NCBI GenBank assembly: GCA_020845475.1
Contig: JADLFN010000026.1
Span: 7,080-71,079, forward strand
Length of the DNA: 64,000 bases
Direction: 5' to 3'
Source: Planctomycetota bacterium
Lineage (GTDB): Bacteria; Planctomycetota; UBA8742; UBA2392
The notes below the pieces were generated by a model. It searched no databases. It saw nothing but the letters and a program-made list of their open reading frames with translations, and was not told the DNA's origin. Of this stretch, positions 44,441-54,149 are shown piece after piece. Every line of letters starts with the position of its first letter. Position 1 is the first letter of the stretch. The position numbers were made by a program, and so were the translations under genes.

Positions 44441-45334
44441 ATGCTTTCGACCGTGCACAGCTTTTCATCTGGCGCTATGGGGCCCGTGGCCTCGCTGGCG
44501 CTGCACGTTGCCATCGGCGGCTACCTTGTCGCCGCAATCTTGGCCATCGGCGCGCTGCTGCTGCCCAACAAGCTGAAAATGGCCGCGGCAGATATTGCCG
44601 GCGGGGTATCCACGGCTGCGCTCGCATTCTTTTTCGCAGCTCGTTTCGCAGAGGCTGGCACGCAACCTTTGGGCAGCATGTTCGAGGTGATAGCGCTCAG
44701 CGCGCTGTTTCTGGCACTGGCCTATTTTGTCGCCATGACGCTCAAGCGGCTGCAGGGCGTAGGCGCCTTCGCTTTCCCTGCCCTGGCCGTGATCTTTCTG
44801 GTCGATTACCTGTTTGCAATTCGCTTTCCACCCGGTTCGCAGACCGGCCCGGAGCAGCCGTTGCTGGTCGTGCACATCGTGCTGATCGTCCTCTCCTACG
44901 GCGTCTATTTCATGGCTGCCGTAGCCGCGGCTATGTACCTGCTGCAGGAGCGCCAGCTCAAGTTGCACCGCGAGCCGCGCTGGACGCGCAACTTCCCGTC
45001 GCTTGAAGCCCTCAGCCGCCTGGTCAACACGTGCGTCCAGATCGGGCTGCCACTGCTGACCATCGGCTTTTCACTGGGGTTTGCCGCCTTCACTCCTGAG
45101 GACTGGGCCGGCCTCTCGCGCAACACGAAAGTGTTGTCCGGCGTGGTGCTTTGGATCGTGCTTGTCGGCATCAGTGCCGGTCGCTTCACGGGTTATCTTT
45201 ATGGCCGGCGCCACTTCTATTGGGTGCTGGTGGGCTTTTTTCTCGTGCTGCTCACTTTCGTGGGGCTTGGCCTTTACACGGCCGCCCAAGCCGAGCGCGC
45301 CCGGCTGGAGCCCGTTGCACGGGAGGCCCGCTGA
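44441..45334 (+). CDS. cytochrome c assembly (CcsA/HemX-like) membrane protein
   Basis: Polytopic membrane protein directly upstream of hemA and overlapping it (TGATG). The CcsA-family-like C-terminal half includes LWIVLVG...YWVLVGF. Start at ATG 44441 is uncertain. Confidence 0.6.
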   Translation: MLSTVHSFSSGAMGPVASLALHVAIGGYLVAAILAIGALLLPNKLKMAAADIAGGVSTAALAFFFAARFAEAGTQPLGSMFEVIALSALFLALAYFVAMTLKRLQGVGAFAFPALAVIFLVDYLFAIRFPPGSQTGPEQPLLVVHIVLIVLSYGVYFMAAVAAAMYLLQERQLKLHREPRWTRNFPSLEALSRLVNTCVQIGLPLLTIGFSLGFAAFTPEDWAGLSRNTKVLSGVVLWIVLVGISAGRFTGYLYGRRHFYWVLVGFFLVLLTFVGLGLYTAAQAERARLEPVAREAR

Positions 45335-46647
45335 TGCAGCGTTACGCGATCATCGGCCTGAGCCACAAGTTTGCGCCGCTGGAGATTCGGGAGCGGCTGG
45401 CCTACTCCGACCGGCGCGTGCCCTCCGCACTGCGAGACGCGCGCGAGCGCTTCAATTGCGACGAAGCGGTGTTGCTCTCCACCTGCAATCGCGTTGAACT
45501 TTACGTGTTCACCAGTGATGCCGAGCCGCGCGAGACTCTTCTGAAAATGCTCGCCGAAGATCACGGCATGGCGCCGGAATTCGTGGGCAAATACACCTAC
45601 TTCCACCGCGGGCGCGCCGCCGTGGAGCACCTGTTGCGCGTTTGCGGCGGCCTGGACAGCCTGGTGCTGGGCGAAACGCAGATCCTCAATCAGGTCAAAC
45701 GTGCCTATCTTCTGGCTCAAAGCGAGAATTCAACGGGCAAGGCGCTCAACACTTTGTTCCACAAAGCTTTTGGAGTGGCCAAGCGCCTGCACAGCGAAAC
45801 GGGCATTTCCGAGGGGCAACTCTCGGTTTCCAGCGTAGGCGTATCTTTTGCGCGCCGCCTTTTCGACACGCTAACTGACAAGACCGCATTGCTCGTGGGC
45901 GTGGGCGAGGTCGGCGAGCTGACCCTGAGTTACCTTAAGGAGCAGGGCATTGGCCGCGCCATCGTCGTTTCACGCACTCTTGAGCGCGCCCGTGAGGTCG
46001 CGGTCAAACACGGCGCCGACGCCGTACCTATTGAACTGATGGAGGATTACCTGCCACGCGCCGACATCGTGATCTCGCAGACTGCCGCCGATCACGCCAT
46101 TTTCACGCGCGAGATGATCAAGGCCGCCCAGAAAAAGCGCGGCTGGCGACCCATGTTCATCCTCGATCTTGCCGTACCTCGCGACGTGGCTTCAGACGTT
46201 GACGAACTTTCCGACGTTTACCTCTACAATGTCGATGATCTCGAAAAAGTGGTGGCCGAGCACACGCTGGCGCGCAGTGCGGAAATGCAGCACTGCAACG
46301 AGATTATCACGGAAGAAGCCGAACGATTCGTCGCGGGCTTCGAAGCGTTCTCGGCGGGGCCGCTGATCAAAGCGCTGTCTGAACGCGCTCATGCGTTGCG
46401 TGAAGCCGAGGTTAGCCGCGTGCTTTCGCAGCTTGTTGATCTCCCCTTGGAACAGAAGCAGGAGATTGAGCGCTTTGCCGAGCAGCTCGTGAACAAGTTG
46501 CTGCACCAGCAGATCTCCGCCATCAAGGCCGAATCCAGGCGACAAGATGCTGCGTCGAGCCTGCGGGTACTTGCGCGTGTGCTTGGCATCGAAGACGACA
46601 CGCAAGGCCAAACCGCACCCGGAGCCGAGGTGGAGAAGAAATCGTGA
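45334..46647 (+). CDS. hemA: glutamyl-tRNA reductase
   Basis: MQRYAIIGLSHKFAPLEIRERLAY...LSTCNRVELY...GLDSLVLGETQILNQVK. Confidence 0.9.
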   Translation: MQRYAIIGLSHKFAPLEIRERLAYSDRRVPSALRDARERFNCDEAVLLSTCNRVELYVFTSDAEPRETLLKMLAEDHGMAPEFVGKYTYFHRGRAAVEHLLRVCGGLDSLVLGETQILNQVKRAYLLAQSENSTGKALNTLFHKAFGVAKRLHSETGISEGQLSVSSVGVSFARRLFDTLTDKTALLVGVGEVGELTLSYLKEQGIGRAIVVSRTLERAREVAVKHGADAVPIELMEDYLPRADIVISQTAADHAIFTREMIKAAQKKRGWRPMFILDLAVPRDVASDVDELSDVYLYNVDDLEKVVAEHTLARSAEMQHCNEIITEEAERFVAGFEAFSAGPLIKALSERAHALREAEVSRVLSQLVDLPLEQKQEIERFAEQLVNKLLHQQISAIKAESRRQDAASSLRVLARVLGIEDDTQGQTAPGAEVEKKS

Positions 46648-47450
46648 AGGACAGCGGCCACTCAAGGCTTGAGTTCCTGGGCCAGCTTGCGGGCGGGCTT
46701 GCCCATGAAATCAAGAACCCGCTAAGCACAATGAAGCTGACGCTGCAATTGCTGCAGGAGGATTTTGCTCAGGACAAGAGTGCGCTCGCCATGCGCTCGC
46801 TGCGCAAAATTGAACTCCTGCTCAAAGAGGTGAACCATCTCGACGAAATCGTGCAGGAATTCCTGCGCCTCTCGCGCGGCCACGACCTGAAGTACCAGCG
46901 CGCCGATTTGCGCAAGATGATCCACGAGCTGGTCGAATTCATGCACGCCGACGCCGAACAACGCCAGATCGCGCTGCACAGCCAGCTTACCGGCGAACTC
47001 GAAGTCATCGTGGACGCCACCTACATCCGGCAGGCACTGACCAACCTGATTCGCAACGCGTTCGAGGCCATTGAGCCCAAAGGTACGGGCGAGGTAATTG
47101 TGCGCGCGCGCCAGCAGGGCGATGTGGTCGTAATTGAAGTCATTGACACCGGCGTTGGCATTGCGCCCGCCAACTTCGAACGTATGTTCCGGCCCTACTT
47201 CACGACGAAAAAGGGCGGCACGGGCATGGGTTTGCCCATGGTTCGCCGCATTGTGGAGGAACACGGCGGGCAGGTCACGTTTGAATCGGTCGAAGGCGCG
47301 GGCAGCCGTTTCGTATTGCTGCTGCCGGTCGATCCGGGCAAGCGCGAAACCCTGCAGGCGATGATTCGTGTGGCAGCAGCGCCCGAAAACACGGCTCCGC
47401 CGCCAGTGAAAAAGCCGAGTCGGCCGGCATTGGAACGTAAGGTTGAATAG
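46644..47450 (+). CDS. soluble sensor histidine kinase (HisKA + HATPase_c)
   Basis: H-box LAGGLAHEIKNPL, N-box LIRNAFEA, G-boxes DTGVGI and GGTGMGL. GTGA overlap with hemA. No response regulator is adjacent. Confidence 0.8.
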   Translation: MKDSGHSRLEFLGQLAGGLAHEIKNPLSTMKLTLQLLQEDFAQDKSALAMRSLRKIELLLKEVNHLDEIVQEFLRLSRGHDLKYQRADLRKMIHELVEFMHADAEQRQIALHSQLTGELEVIVDATYIRQALTNLIRNAFEAIEPKGTGEVIVRARQQGDVVVIEVIDTGVGIAPANFERMFRPYFTTKKGGTGMGLPMVRRIVEEHGGQVTFESVEGAGSRFVLLLPVDPGKRETLQAMIRVAAAPENTAPPPVKKPSRPALERKVE

Positions 47451-48716
47451 ATGAAAGTTCTCGTCATCGGAAGTGGTGCCCGTGAACACGCGCTATGCTG
47501 GAAGTTGCGGCAATCCAAGCACGTCACGGAATTGTTTGCCGCGCCCGGCAGCGATGGCATATCGAGATTCGCCAAAGCGGTCCCGATTGCTGTGAACGAG
47601 ATCGAAAAGCTGGTCACGTTCGCGCGCGAGAACAAAATCGACCTGACGGTCGTCGGCCCCGAAGATCCGCTGGTGGCGGGGATCGTTGACCGCTTCAGGA
47701 AGAAGGGGCTGCGCATTTACGGACCCAGCGAAAGTGCCTCGCGCCTCGAGGGTTCCAAGGCGTTCGCCAAAGATGTCATGCGCCGCCACGCCATCCCCAC
47801 CGGCGGCTTCAAGCTCTACGAAAAAGCCCAGCCCGCGCTCGAATACCTCAAGAACTGCGATTATCCCGTCGTGATCAAGGCCGACGGTCTGGCGGCGGGC
47901 AAGGGCGTCGCAATTTGTGAAGACTACGAACAGGCCGAAGTCGCCATCAACGAGGCCATGACCAAGAAGCGCTTTGGCGACGCCGGCAAGCGCGTGCTGA
48001 TCGAAGACTTCCTGCAAGGCGAAGAAATCAGCGTGCACGCCATTACCGACGGCCGCACGATTTTGCCGCTGTGCATCGCGCAGGATCACAAGCGCGTGGG
48101 CGACGCCGACACCGGCGAAAACACCGGCGGCATGGGCACCTACAGCCCGCTACCGCAAGTCGACGACGCGCTCATGGACCAGATCCAGGACGAAATCATC
48201 GTGCGCAGCGTCCACGCCATGAACCGCGACGAAGTCCCATTCAAAGGTACGATGTTCATTGGCGTGATGCTCACCAAGCAGGGGCCGCGCGTGCTCGAGT
48301 ACAACGTGCGCTTTGGCGACCCGGAAATGCAAACCATCCTCGCGCGGCTACGCGGCGACCTCTATGAAATCTTGAGTGCCACCGTGGACGGCAAACTCGA
48401 CGAAGTGGAAGTCGATTGGGACCCGCACACGGCGGTTACAGTAGTGGTTGCCAGCGGCGGCTACCCGCGCGACTACGCCAAGGGTTACAAGATCGAAGGC
48501 CTCGACCAGGACTTCGGTCGAGATGTCATGGTCTTTCACGCCGGCACGAAAAAAGACAAAGGCGAGTGGTTCACCAACGGAGGCCGCGTGCTGAGCGTAA
48601 CCGCGCTCGGAACGGACATCGCCGACGCCCGAGCCAAAGCTTACGCAGCCATTGAAAAGATCAAGTTCGACAAGATGATCTACCGCAAAGACATCGGCTG
48701 GCGCGGCATGAAGTAG
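47451..48716 (+). CDS. purD: phosphoribosylamine-glycine ligase
   Basis: MKVLVIGSGAREHALCWKL..., VVIKADGLAAGKGV, EYNVRFGDPE. Confidence 0.95.
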   Translation: MKVLVIGSGAREHALCWKLRQSKHVTELFAAPGSDGISRFAKAVPIAVNEIEKLVTFARENKIDLTVVGPEDPLVAGIVDRFRKKGLRIYGPSESASRLEGSKAFAKDVMRRHAIPTGGFKLYEKAQPALEYLKNCDYPVVIKADGLAAGKGVAICEDYEQAEVAINEAMTKKRFGDAGKRVLIEDFLQGEEISVHAITDGRTILPLCIAQDHKRVGDADTGENTGGMGTYSPLPQVDDALMDQIQDEIIVRSVHAMNRDEVPFKGTMFIGVMLTKQGPRVLEYNVRFGDPEMQTILARLRGDLYEILSATVDGKLDEVEVDWDPHTAVTVVVASGGYPRDYAKGYKIEGLDQDFGRDVMVFHAGTKKDKGEWFTNGGRVLSVTALGTDIADARAKAYAAIEKIKFDKMIYRKDIGWRGMK

Positions 48717-48742
48717 CGCGGGCCTCGCTGATCGGACCGGTT

Positions 48743-49135
48743 TTGACCAATTTGAGTACTATGGTTGATCTCGAACCGTTCTCGCACACTCCCTTGCCGA
48801 CTCAACATGGGAAGACGGCAACCGGCGGCGTTACAACTGCAGTTTCGCTTTCAGGCACCGTTCAGCTACTAACGTTTGCGTACTTTTGTGTTTCAGTAGT
48901 GGCGCCGCAACCCAACAAGAACCCTGCCGGAGCGCTTCACAGCCACCTTTCAAGCCTCGGGTTTTTCATGCTTCCGGGGATAATGGCCTCTATTGTTTTG
49001 GTCTGCTACGCCGTGGTTGAGTGGCGTTCTTACGGCAAGATCCATTGGGCGATTACAGTTTCTTCATTGCTCGCATTGACTCTGATGTTCTCGTTCCTCG
49101 CGCTCGCGCAACGATTCGGCTATCCTCCGCGCTAG
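48743..49135 (+). CDS. hypothetical membrane protein
   Basis: TTG start in the track (an ATG alternative is at 48761). Three hydrophobic segments. More AT-rich than its neighbours by eye. Confidence 0.45.
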   Translation: MTNLSTMVDLEPFSHTPLPTQHGKTATGGVTTAVSLSGTVQLLTFAYFCVSVVAPQPNKNPAGALHSHLSSLGFFMLPGIMASIVLVCYAVVEWRSYGKIHWAITVSSLLALTLMFSFLALAQRFGYPPR

Positions 49136-49157
49136 CCCGAATACTACAGGACTCCCT

Positions 49158-50162
49158 ATGCTTGCGACTGTACCCCGAGTTTCCGAAGGCCCGCTCACTG
49201 AGTTGGCCGAGTTCGTCATCAATGGCGGCGAAGTTGACGTCGCGCTGGCTGAGCAACTCCTGCGCCTGCCGCTCGAGCGCGCCTATGACCTCATGTATGC
49301 CGCGTTCCTGGTGAAGCGCCACTTTGTGGGTGATGCGCTGCATCGTTGCGGCATCGTGAACATCAAGAGCGGCAATTGCGGCGAGAACTGCGGCTTTTGC
49401 GCGCAGAGCGTTTTCTACCAGACGGCCGCCGGCACCCCCACCTACAACCTCATGTCGCCCCAGCAGATGGTCGATGCCGCGCGCGAGGCTACGCAATTCG
49501 GGAGCAGCAATTTCGGGCTTGTGGCCGCGTGGAAGGGCATCAAGAAGGGCCCGCAGCTGGACCAGATCTGTGAGGGCATCAAACGCATCAAGGCCGAAGG
49601 CAAGATCCTGCCCGACGTGAGCCTGGGCGTTGCAGGCCGCGAAGAAATGAAGCAGCTGAAGGAAGCGGGCTGCGTGGTCTATCACCACAACCTTGAGACC
49701 AGCGAAAGCTATTACACGCAAGTGTGCACTACGCGCCCCTGGCGCGAGAATTACGACACCGTGCGCTACGCCAAAGAAAGCGGCATGGAAGTGTGCTGCG
49801 GCGGCATCATCGGCATGGGCGAGAGCCTGCGCCAGCGCGCCGAATTCATGAAAGAAGTCAGCACGCTGCAACCCGAGCACATTCCCGTGAACTTCCTCGT
49901 CAGCGTGCACGGCACGCCGCTGGCCGGAAAAGCCGCGCTTGGGCCCATGGAATGTCTCATGGCGCTGGCCGTGTTCCGCCTGACAAACCCCAAGAGCGAC
50001 ATCTTCGTCGCCGGCGGGCGCGTGCAGCAGTTGCGCCAGTTGCAGCCGTTCCTCTTCATGGCCGGCGCCAACGGCATGATGGTGGGCAATTATCTGACAA
50101 CACCGGGCCGCACCAAAGAGCAGGATGAAGAACTGGTGCGAGACCTCGGGCTGAATGGTTGA
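49158..50162 (+). CDS. bioB: biotin synthase
   Basis: Radical-SAM CGENCGFCAQS and a BioB-like remainder (YHHNLETS, GGIIGMGES). Confidence 0.9.
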   Translation: MLATVPRVSEGPLTELAEFVINGGEVDVALAEQLLRLPLERAYDLMYAAFLVKRHFVGDALHRCGIVNIKSGNCGENCGFCAQSVFYQTAAGTPTYNLMSPQQMVDAAREATQFGSSNFGLVAAWKGIKKGPQLDQICEGIKRIKAEGKILPDVSLGVAGREEMKQLKEAGCVVYHHNLETSESYYTQVCTTRPWRENYDTVRYAKESGMEVCCGGIIGMGESLRQRAEFMKEVSTLQPEHIPVNFLVSVHGTPLAGKAALGPMECLMALAVFRLTNPKSDIFVAGGRVQQLRQLQPFLFMAGANGMMVGNYLTTPGRTKEQDEELVRDLGLNG

Positions 50163-50235
50163 CACTCGCTTCGCTTGTGCCATATAATTTAGCCGTGGCA
50201 TGGAATGCATCTTTGCCATTGGGCGGAGGTGTGCC

Positions 50236-50493
50236 ATGGATGTCGTCGAACAAATTCACGTGCGCTTGGGAAAGAACGGGCGCGTCGTGATTCCGGCTGA
50301 ATGGCGTGAGAAGCTCGGGCTGGGCGAAGGCGACGAGCTTGTGCTGACGTTTGGGCCCGATGGCTTCCGTATCCAGAGCGCGCTGGAATTACGCAAGCAG
50401 GCCCAGCAGCGTATGATGAAGTACAAGCCCAAGGGCCGTTCGGGCGTTGACGAACTCATCGCAGAGCGCCGCAAAGAGGCCGGTCGTGGCTAG
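50236..50493 (+). CDS. AbrB/SpoVT-type antitoxin (VapB-like)
   Basis: GGAGG lies upstream of ATG 50236. RLGKNGRVVIPAEWREKLGLGEGDELVL is the swapped-hairpin AbrB motif. It overlaps the PIN gene. Confidence 0.7.
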   Translation: MDVVEQIHVRLGKNGRVVIPAEWREKLGLGEGDELVLTFGPDGFRIQSALELRKQAQQRMMKYKPKGRSGVDELIAERRKEAGRG

Positions 50494-50866
50494 AGTGCTG
50501 GATGCCTCGGCTGTGCTTGCGTTCCTTTTGGGTGAAAAGGGGGCAGATGCGGCTTTGGCCGCGATGCCGGGCTCCCAGATTTCCACGGTCAATATCGTTG
50601 AAGTTTTTTCACGCATGGTGGACTACGGTTCACCCGACGAAGACGTCCGTCAATCCATCAGGGAGCTCGCGCTGGAAACGGTGAATTTTGATGAGGATCT
50701 CGCAGTGCGCTCCGGCGCGCTTCGCCGCGAAACGGCAAGCCTGGGGCTTTCTGTGGGTGATCGAGCCTGTCTTGCCACTGCGATGAAACTAGGCGCCACG
50801 GTCGTCACTGCCGATCGGGCCTGGCTGAAGCTCAAGCTGGGCGTCACCATCGAGTGCATTCGCTGA
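50486..50866 (+). CDS. vapC: PIN-domain toxin (VapC-like)
   Basis: VLDASAVLAFLLGE... (N-terminal Asp), ...LSVGDRACLATAMKLGATVVTADRAW (conserved Asp). GTG starts are possible at 50486 or 50495. Confidence 0.75.
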   Translation: MARVLDASAVLAFLLGEKGADAALAAMPGSQISTVNIVEVFSRMVDYGSPDEDVRQSIRELALETVNFDEDLAVRSGALRRETASLGLSVGDRACLATAMKLGATVVTADRAWLKLKLGVTIECIR

Positions 50867-50984
50867 GTGACTCAAGAGACCCCGGAATTCTCCACTTTCG
50901 CGTGGAACGCCTTAAAAGGATGGCAATATCTGGTTAAAGGACGATTCCTGACGCGGCTATGCCGCACTGACCGGAGACACAGCC

Positions 50985-51491
50985 ATGATTCACAACGTTT
51001 CGGGCGACATTCTTCTGAGCAAGGCCGACTTGATCGCGCACGGCGTTGCGCCACTGGACGACTTCAAGAGCGGGCTCGCGCTGGCGCTGCGCGAGAAGTA
51101 CCCCTCGATGTACAAGGATTTCCGCCACTACTGCAAAACGCTGAGCCCCAAGACCGGCAGCGCCTGGCTTTGGGCCGGCGTAGGCGAGGGCGGCAAGACG
51201 GTTAAAGTAGCCGCGCTGCTGACACAGGAAGCCCCCAAGAAAGAAGGCGAGCATCCCGGCAAGGCGCACATCGAATTCGTCAACCGCGCGCTTCACGACC
51301 TCAAGAAGCTGATTGAGAAAGAGAAATTCAAGAGCGTGGCATTGCCGCGCGTGGCCACGGGCGTCGGCGGCCTGGCGTGGAAAGACGTGCAGCCACTGAT
51401 TGCAAAGGTGCTGGGCGATCTCAAGGTTCCAGTGTTTGTGTACGAGACGTTCCACAAGGGACAGGCGGCAACGGAACCCGGACTGAAGTAG
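50985..51491 (+). CDS. macro-domain protein (ADP-ribose binding/hydrolase-like)
   Basis: 168 aa. SGDILLSKADLIAHGV..., SVALPRVATGVGGL resembles macro-domain Gly-rich loops. Confidence 0.7.
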   Translation: MIHNVSGDILLSKADLIAHGVAPLDDFKSGLALALREKYPSMYKDFRHYCKTLSPKTGSAWLWAGVGEGGKTVKVAALLTQEAPKKEGEHPGKAHIEFVNRALHDLKKLIEKEKFKSVALPRVATGVGGLAWKDVQPLIAKVLGDLKVPVFVYETFHKGQAATEPGLK

Positions 51492-51633
51492 CTGCGGAAG
51501 GTTCAACCAGGAGGCGCGATGACGGCCCGGAATGCAGGCCGCAGTCGCGCCGCGTTCCAAATGACATTCGCAAATGTAGTGCGCGGCAGGCCCTTGGCGG
51601 TGTACTTTTGACGGGTATCCGTCGGGGGAATCT

Positions 51634-52308
51634 ATGCGCTGGAGAAGCTCAAACCGGCCGCCAACCAAGGGTGGCGGCATTATTGCGATCATCGTTGGCG
51701 TCATCTTTGTCATTGGCGGGCTGATCTTCGCGGTCAGCGCCTCGGGCGAGCAGCACGATTACGAGTTCCTGCGCGACAGCGGCCAGAAGCTGCCCGGCGA
51801 GATCATTGGGACGCGGCACCAGGAGAAAAAGTCGCGCCGCAGCACCACGCACTACTATTACCTCACGGTGCGTTTCCAGCATGCGGCGGGGCCCATTGTA
51901 AAGGAACTTGAAGTCGAGCACGGTGCATACAGCCGCTTCAAGAGCGCCAGCAGCTTCTCGCCCGCGCAATGCACGGTGCTGTCGGATCCCGCTCGAGCTG
52001 ATCACTTCACGGTGCAGGAAGCCGTGGCAGAACAGATTGACAGCAAAGGAAACAGTTCGCTGATTGCGTTGCTGATCGGTCTCGGGATCGGCGCAATTGC
52101 CATTTTCTCAGGCATCTTCACATACAAGAAGGCGGTTGCGCTCGACCACGCCAACCGCTTCGCATTTGCCACGGGGCCTTACCCTCCGCCGGGCTATGGA
52201 ACACCCAACCCCTACGCACAACCAGCCCAAGCACCCCCTTACATGCCGCCACAACAGCGTGCTCAAAACCCCTACTACGGGAACCAGGGGCCCTACAGAC
52301 CAAGCTAG
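51634..52308 (+). CDS. DUF3592-like membrane protein with Pro/Tyr/Gln-rich tail
   Basis: TM - beta-rich segment (LPGEIIGTRHQEKKSRRSTTHYYYLTVRF) - TM topology typical of DUF3592. Tail: PYPPPGYGTPNPYAQPAQAPPYMPPQQRAQNPYYGNQGPY. Confidence 0.55.
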   Translation: MRWRSSNRPPTKGGGIIAIIVGVIFVIGGLIFAVSASGEQHDYEFLRDSGQKLPGEIIGTRHQEKKSRRSTTHYYYLTVRFQHAAGPIVKELEVEHGAYSRFKSASSFSPAQCTVLSDPARADHFTVQEAVAEQIDSKGNSSLIALLIGLGIGAIAIFSGIFTYKKAVALDHANRFAFATGPYPPPGYGTPNPYAQPAQAPPYMPPQQRAQNPYYGNQGPYRPS

Positions 52309-54042
52309 CTACTCCAGCTTCCAGCGCACGCCCTGGGGCACGTCTTCGATCATGACGCCACGGTGCTTCAGGCCGTCACGGATGGCATCGCCGCGTTTGA
52401 AATCTTTCGCCTTGCGCGCGGCTTGACGCAGCGCCACGAAACCCGCCACCGCCGCGGAATCCAGCTCGGCGTTCGCCAATAAATCGAACTCGGGCAATGG
52501 CAGGGCAAGGCGCTGCTCGATTTCGGTCTTGGTGAGAATGCCGGAGCGCTCGCGACGGTCGATCACGTCGAGCACCTCGTCGAAGCTGTCCATCAGGCGC
52601 ATGGCCTCGACGGCTTCGGCTTTGCCCAGCGTCATGGCGTTGATTTCATTAATGGCCTTGAACACCGCCGCCAGCGCGTTGGGCGTGTTCAGGTTGTCGT
52701 TGAGTGCGTCGTCAAACTCCCGCTCGTACTTGTCAACGAGCTCAATCATCTTGTCGCTCGCAGTCTCTGCAATGTCGAGATCCGTGCCGGGGCCGATAAT
52801 CTCACGCAGGCGCTCATAGCAGCGCTGGATGCGCTCGACGCTGGCTTTGGCCTGCACCAGCAGATCAACGCCGAAATTCATCTGCTGTGTGTACTGGTTT
52901 GAAATCAGCGCGTAACGCAGCGTGAGCGGGTCTACGCGTCCGCCCTTGAAACCCGCAGCCTCAAGCTTCGCGGCGAGATCCTTGCGGCCTGCCGCCACGG
53001 GATCCATCAAATCGCGCGCGGTGTAGAAGTTGCCCTCGCGCTTGGCCATCTTCTTGTTGTCCACGAGCAAGAAGCGCCCGTGCAGCCAGTAACGCGAGAA
53101 AGTCTTGCGCGCGTGGTGTTCGTCGGGCGCACCGTGAGGGCCTGGCACGGTGAAGCCAAAGGCGCCGTAGCTTTGCGCGATTTCGCACTCGTGGTGCGGG
53201 AACATGTTGTCTTCGCCGCCCGTGTGAATATCAATTGTGCTGCCCAGATGCGCGCGGCTCATGGCGCTGCACTCGATGTGCCAGCCGGGGAATCCCGGCT
53301 TGATGGTTTTATCGACGCCTTCGGGCGCGAGTTCGCGATAGCGCCCGTAATCCGCCTTGTCCCAGCCTTTGTCGCTGTGCGGGTCCCATTGCATCAGGTG
53401 TTTAGCGTCCACTTTCCAGAGTGCGAAGTCGCGCGGGTCTTTCTTTTCTTCGCGCACACCCACGCGCGCGCCGGCCTCGTTCTCTTCGATGTTCTTGCCG
53501 GAAAGCTGCCCGTACTCAGGAAACTTCGCCACGCTGAAATACACTTCGCCCGTGGGCACCACGTAGGCGTAGCCGCGCTCGAGAAGTTTCTGGATCATCG
53601 CAAGCATCTCGGGAATGTGGCCTGTTGCGCGTGGGTGTAACTCGGGATCGTCGGTCTCGCCTCCGCGATAGATCTTCAGGCGCAGCGCCTTGGCGTCTTC
53701 GACGAACGCGCGCTCAAAGTGCTGCGCAACTTTGAACGGGTCGCTGCCCAGTTCGCGCGCGGCTTTGGCCAATTTGTCCTCGCCGGAAGCATCGGCGAGG
53801 TGGTCTTCCGTCATGTGGCCCACGTCGGTGATGTTCATGACGTGGCGGACTTCGTAGCCATTGCGCTCAAGCACGCGGCGCAGCACATCGGCGAACAGGA
53901 AGCTGCGGAAATTTCCGATGTGGGCAAACGAATAAACCGTCGGGCCGCACGAATACATCGTGACGCGGCCCGCCTGCAGGGGCTCGAAGACTTCGAGTTG
54001 GCGGGTGTAGGAGTTTTTGAGTTTCAGAACACTCACCGTCAT
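52309..54042 (-). CDS. cysS: cysteine-tRNA ligase (long form, 577 aa)
   Basis: MYSCGPTVYSFAHIGNFRSF (HIGH region), WHIECSAM, KMAKREGN (KMSKS-like). Confidence 0.9.
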   Translation of the reverse strand: MTVSVLKLKNSYTRQLEVFEPLQAGRVTMYSCGPTVYSFAHIGNFRSFLFADVLRRVLERNGYEVRHVMNITDVGHMTEDHLADASGEDKLAKAARELGSDPFKVAQHFERAFVEDAKALRLKIYRGGETDDPELHPRATGHIPEMLAMIQKLLERGYAYVVPTGEVYFSVAKFPEYGQLSGKNIEENEAGARVGVREEKKDPRDFALWKVDAKHLMQWDPHSDKGWDKADYGRYRELAPEGVDKTIKPGFPGWHIECSAMSRAHLGSTIDIHTGGEDNMFPHHECEIAQSYGAFGFTVPGPHGAPDEHHARKTFSRYWLHGRFLLVDNKKMAKREGNFYTARDLMDPVAAGRKDLAAKLEAAGFKGGRVDPLTLRYALISNQYTQQMNFGVDLLVQAKASVERIQRCYERLREIIGPGTDLDIAETASDKMIELVDKYEREFDDALNDNLNTPNALAAVFKAINEINAMTLGKAEAVEAMRLMDSFDEVLDVIDRRERSGILTKTEIEQRLALPLPEFDLLANAELDSAAVAGFVALRQAARKAKDFKRGDAIRDGLKHRGVMIEDVPQGVRWKLE

Positions 54043-54064
54043 GACTCCGTGCTATCAGATTCGT

Positions 54065-54149
54065 GAGGTCAGAAGTCAGAGGTAAGAGGTCAGAAGAACT
54101 GCAACAAAGCAGCTAAACTTCTGACCTCTGACTTCTGACCTCTGACTTC
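54065..54149. repeat. long imperfect inverted repeat made of GAGGTCAGAAGTCA-type units (32-bp stem, 21-nt loop)
   Basis: The left arm 54065..54096 pairs with the right arm 54118..54149: 28 Watson-Crick pairs, 2 GU pairs and 2 mismatches, counted by hand. The loop contains the ispF stop (54113..54115). Confidence 0.85.

Noticed and set aside
49053-50237. 394-aa minus-strand ORF
   Set aside because: It is antisense to bioB, which has the radical-SAM CxxxCxxC motif.
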